A DNA stretch of 41,549 bases. Origin: a virus. Of the stretch, positions 39,890 to 41,549 are shown one piece after another. The notes below the pieces were generated by a model, which searched no databases, had not been told where the DNA came from, and saw only the letters and a program-made list of their open reading frames with translations. How positions within the stretch are numbered: the first letter of the stretch is position 1; every line of letters starts with the position of its first letter. The position numbers and the translations under genes were made by a program. The DNA lies in the IMG/VR virus record IMGVR_UViG_3300045988_081107, positions 1 through 41,549 of that record, one strand, 5' to 3'.

Positions 39890-40057
39890 ATGACCGCCGC
39901 CATCAAAAGCGCACCGCTTGGGAGGGTTGACCGTAAGATAGCTTTACTGCGGTACGTTGAGCGGCTCCCGCTGCCGGACATTGCAGCACAGACACATTAT
40001 AGCCGGACGGCGATAGGCTACCGGCTGAAAGGCATTGAAAAAATGCTGGATGTGTGA
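39890..40057 (+). CDS. Small sigma-70 region 4-like HTH protein
   Basis: DRKIALLRYVERLPLPDIAAQTHYSRTAIGYRLKGIEKML resembles ECF sigma region 4. The start is uncertain (ATG 39890; the frame is open from 39773). Confidence 0.5.
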   Translation: MTAAIKSAPLGRVDRKIALLRYVERLPLPDIAAQTHYSRTAIGYRLKGIEKMLDV

Positions 40058-40112
40058 TATACTAATCGTGAGCAACGAATTAGTTTTGAGCTTCTGCTCA
40101 GGCAATTCAAAA

Positions 40113-40148
40113 ACGGCAGGCTTTCGGGTCTGCCGCTTTTCTTTTTTT
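40113..40148 (+). terminator. Intrinsic terminator ending the late/lysis transcription unit
   Basis: CGGCAGGC-TTTC-GGGTCTGCCG followed by CTTTTCTTTTTTT. Confidence 0.8.
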
Positions 40149-40156
40149 ACGATTTG

Positions 40157-40390
40157 TGGTAAAATAACATCAACAAATCCTCCCGGCCTCTCGAAGAAGC
40201 ACAAGAGGGTGGATATCTGAACCCGCTAAGCCTCTCAACGATGCGTATCATGGCGGGCCTTTTAATATGATACAGTCTCCCGCCCGCCTACTTACAGTGC
40301 GTACCATGCGGGAGACGCCTTTAGGCTCGAAAGGCTACGGCCTTTGTAGAGAGCGGCATTGCCTGTGGGCGGTTCCGCTCTTGATTTTTT
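40157..40390 (+). ncRNA. Candidate structured small RNA (function unknown)
   Basis: An extended -10 TGGTAAAAT lies at 40157-65. There is no ORF with an RBS. Helices are GGCGGGC/GCCCGCC (40252-58/40282-88) and GTCTCCCGC/GCGGGAGAC (40275-83/40308-16). The terminator is AGAGCGG/CCGCTCT followed by TGATTTTTT (40350-40390). Confidence 0.35.
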
Positions 40391-40420
40391 GTCTTATTTG
40401 CACTAGTTTTGTCGAAACCC

Positions 40421-40454
40421 TTGTCTTGCAAGTCAAAACGTGATATTTTATTTT
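40421..40454 (+). promoter_or_regulatory. Candidate sigma70-type promoter of the five-gene cassette
   Basis: TTGCAA (40426-31), 17 nt, TATTTT (40449-54). Alternatively TTGTCT (40421-26), 17 nt, TATTTT (40444-49). It lies about 150 nt upstream of the first cassette gene. Confidence 0.45.
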
Positions 40455-40601
40455 TGCTTCCAATGTGAAGCCCTTAACAGTTAAGCGCTCATGCGGATTT
40501 TTCCGTGTGGGTGCTTTTCTTTTTTTTGTCCTTCGTTTGACGTTCGTTGTCCTTCGCTTTTTGTTGATGCGGTACACTGGGAGCATCAGGAGGGATGCAT
40601 T

Positions 40602-41120
40602 ATGAGTTATTATCCAACACCCGGAGCGCCTTACGTTCCGCAGCAGCCCGTCAATCCTTACGGCGGCATGGGAACGGTAGGGCTTGCCACTTCCCTGCCC
40701 AACACACAGATGCAACAGGCACAACCGCAACGTCCGCAGTCGATGAACGGGCAGCAGTCTATTCAGCAGTCGGCACAGGATGGCGGATGGCTGCTTGGCA
40801 GACCTGTGTCCAGCAGAGAGGAATTCTTGGCAATACCGTCTGACCTGTACGGCAGACCGACCTACTGCCCGGACTTGCGCAGTGGCGTGATCTACTGCAA
40901 GCGGCTTAACCCGGACACTTGTGAATCCTATGTACAGGAGTTCTACAGCCCGGAAGCATGGCGGCAGATGCAGGCGCAACAGGCACAGCAGACCGCTGCA
41001 CCGACACAGCAGTATGTGCCTATTGAGCAGTACAACGCTCTTGTGCACCGACTGGATGAACTGGAAAAGTGGCAGAAGAGCTTTTCTAAGCCCGCTGCCG
41101 CAGCGAAGAAAGGAGAATAA
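40602..41120 (+). CDS. Hypothetical protein with a Pro/Gln-rich disordered N-terminus (cassette gene 1)
   Basis: AGGAGGG RBS 8 nt upstream of the internal ATG at 40602; 172 aa. It contains YYPTPGAPYVPQQPVNPYGG...QQAQPQRPQ, then a Cys-containing globular part and a C-terminal coiled coil. Confidence 0.75.
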   Translation: MSYYPTPGAPYVPQQPVNPYGGMGTVGLATSLPNTQMQQAQPQRPQSMNGQQSIQQSAQDGGWLLGRPVSSREEFLAIPSDLYGRPTYCPDLRSGVIYCKRLNPDTCESYVQEFYSPEAWRQMQAQQAQQTAAPTQQYVPIEQYNALVHRLDELEKWQKSFSKPAAAAKKGE

Positions 41121-41123
41121 GCG

Positions 41124-41375
41124 ATGCCCTCTCCGTTTGACATGATTACTCACAGCCCTATCATGCAGCTTGCAAATCTGGCTCGCGCTGGGCAGAACCC
41201 GATGGGGCTTATCCAGCAGTTGGGTGGGCAGAATGCTCCTATCATGCAGGGCTTGAACCTGATTCAGGGTAAGAACGAAGCACAGCTCAGGACGATGGCA
41301 CAGAACCTCGCCAAAGAGCGTGGCATCGACTTGAACCAGCTGGCAAGCGTCCTGAATTTGACGCTGCCCCGGTAA
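41124..41375 (+). CDS. Hypothetical small helical Gln/Leu/Asn-rich protein (cassette gene 2)
   Basis: AAAGGAG RBS; 83 aa. It starts 3 nt after the upstream stop. Confidence 0.7.
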   Translation: MPSPFDMITHSPIMQLANLARAGQNPMGLIQQLGGQNAPIMQGLNLIQGKNEAQLRTMAQNLAKERGIDLNQLASVLNLTLPR

Positions 41376-41437
41376 CGCATCCCTCTAAGCGAAACGCTTC
41401 TCAGTTTTGCGGACTTGACAAAAACCGCTTTTGTTTG

Positions 41438-41549
41438 GCTTCGCCCATCGCATACGGCGGTGGGATGGCATAACGCAAAACTGAAAGGAGTTTTGTTATG
41501 GACGATTTTGCAACTGGCTATCTGGCTGGGCAGGACGGCGGCAATAACA
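41438..41549. repeat. Terminal direct repeat, right copy (identical to 1-112)
   Basis: Exact 112-nt match to the window start. It includes the RBS and first 17 codons of the CDS that starts at 61. Confidence 0.95.

Noticed and set aside
40335-41153. 272-aa minus-strand ORF overlapping cassette gene 1 and the promoter region
   Set aside because: It has no RBS, spans terminator and promoter elements, and has an Arg/Leu/Cys-rich composition. The + strand gene at 40602 has a strong RBS.

Overview
The window is a complete, circularly closed genome of about 41.4 kb. Bases 1-112 are repeated exactly at 41438-41549. It is a temperate, siphovirus-like tailed phage with strong AGGAGG-type ribosome-binding sites. 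Its high GC content is interrupted by AT-rich islands, which suggests a Clostridia-type Firmicutes host (inference). Nearly all genes are on the + strand.

Gene order:
- 61-2045: last three genes of a five-gene cassette of unknown function that starts at about 40.4 kb.
- About 2190: attP carrying a tRNA 3'-end fragment.
- 2263-7154: minus-strand lysogeny module, with a tyrosine integrase, an XRE repressor, a secreted tandem-domain protein and a second XRE/Cro-like switch with visible operators.
- 7.1-18.3 kb: early genes. These include a Rad52-like annealing protein, NinB, SSB, a replication initiator with internal iterons, ParA, a ParB-like protein, a late-regulator candidate and an AT-rich block of Cys-rich small proteins.
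- 18.9-19.3 kb: tRNA cluster with Met, Trp and an aberrant 146-nt tRNA-like gene.
- 19.5-37.8 kb: HK97-type packaging, head and tail genes. These are DUF4417, HNH, TerS, TerL, portal, ClpP-like protease, a capsid protein with a C-terminal beta-sandwich extension, connectors, major tail protein, a G/T chaperone pair with an A_AAA_AAC frameshift site, tape measure, Dit, Tal, and a BppU-type receptor-binding protein with an AT-rich Asp-box C-terminus.
- 37.9-39.3 kb: lysis genes (GH25 endolysin and holin).
- 39.6-40.4 kb: a palindrome-rich segment, a small sigma-region-4-like gene and a candidate small RNA.

No rRNA, CRISPR array, transposase or reverse transcriptase is visible.

The most unusual items are:
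- the unassignable five-gene cassette bracketed by a 14-bp direct repeat, whose proteins are Cys-, Gly/Asn- and Tyr/Pro-rich;
- the tRNA-like gene carrying a 68-nt structured insertion;
- the array of four palindromes next to the small helix-turn-helix (HTH) gene;
- a 19-bp perfect palindrome present three times in the genome;
- ParA and ParB-like genes co-occurring with an integrase.

All functional calls come from motif recognition by eye. No database search was run.
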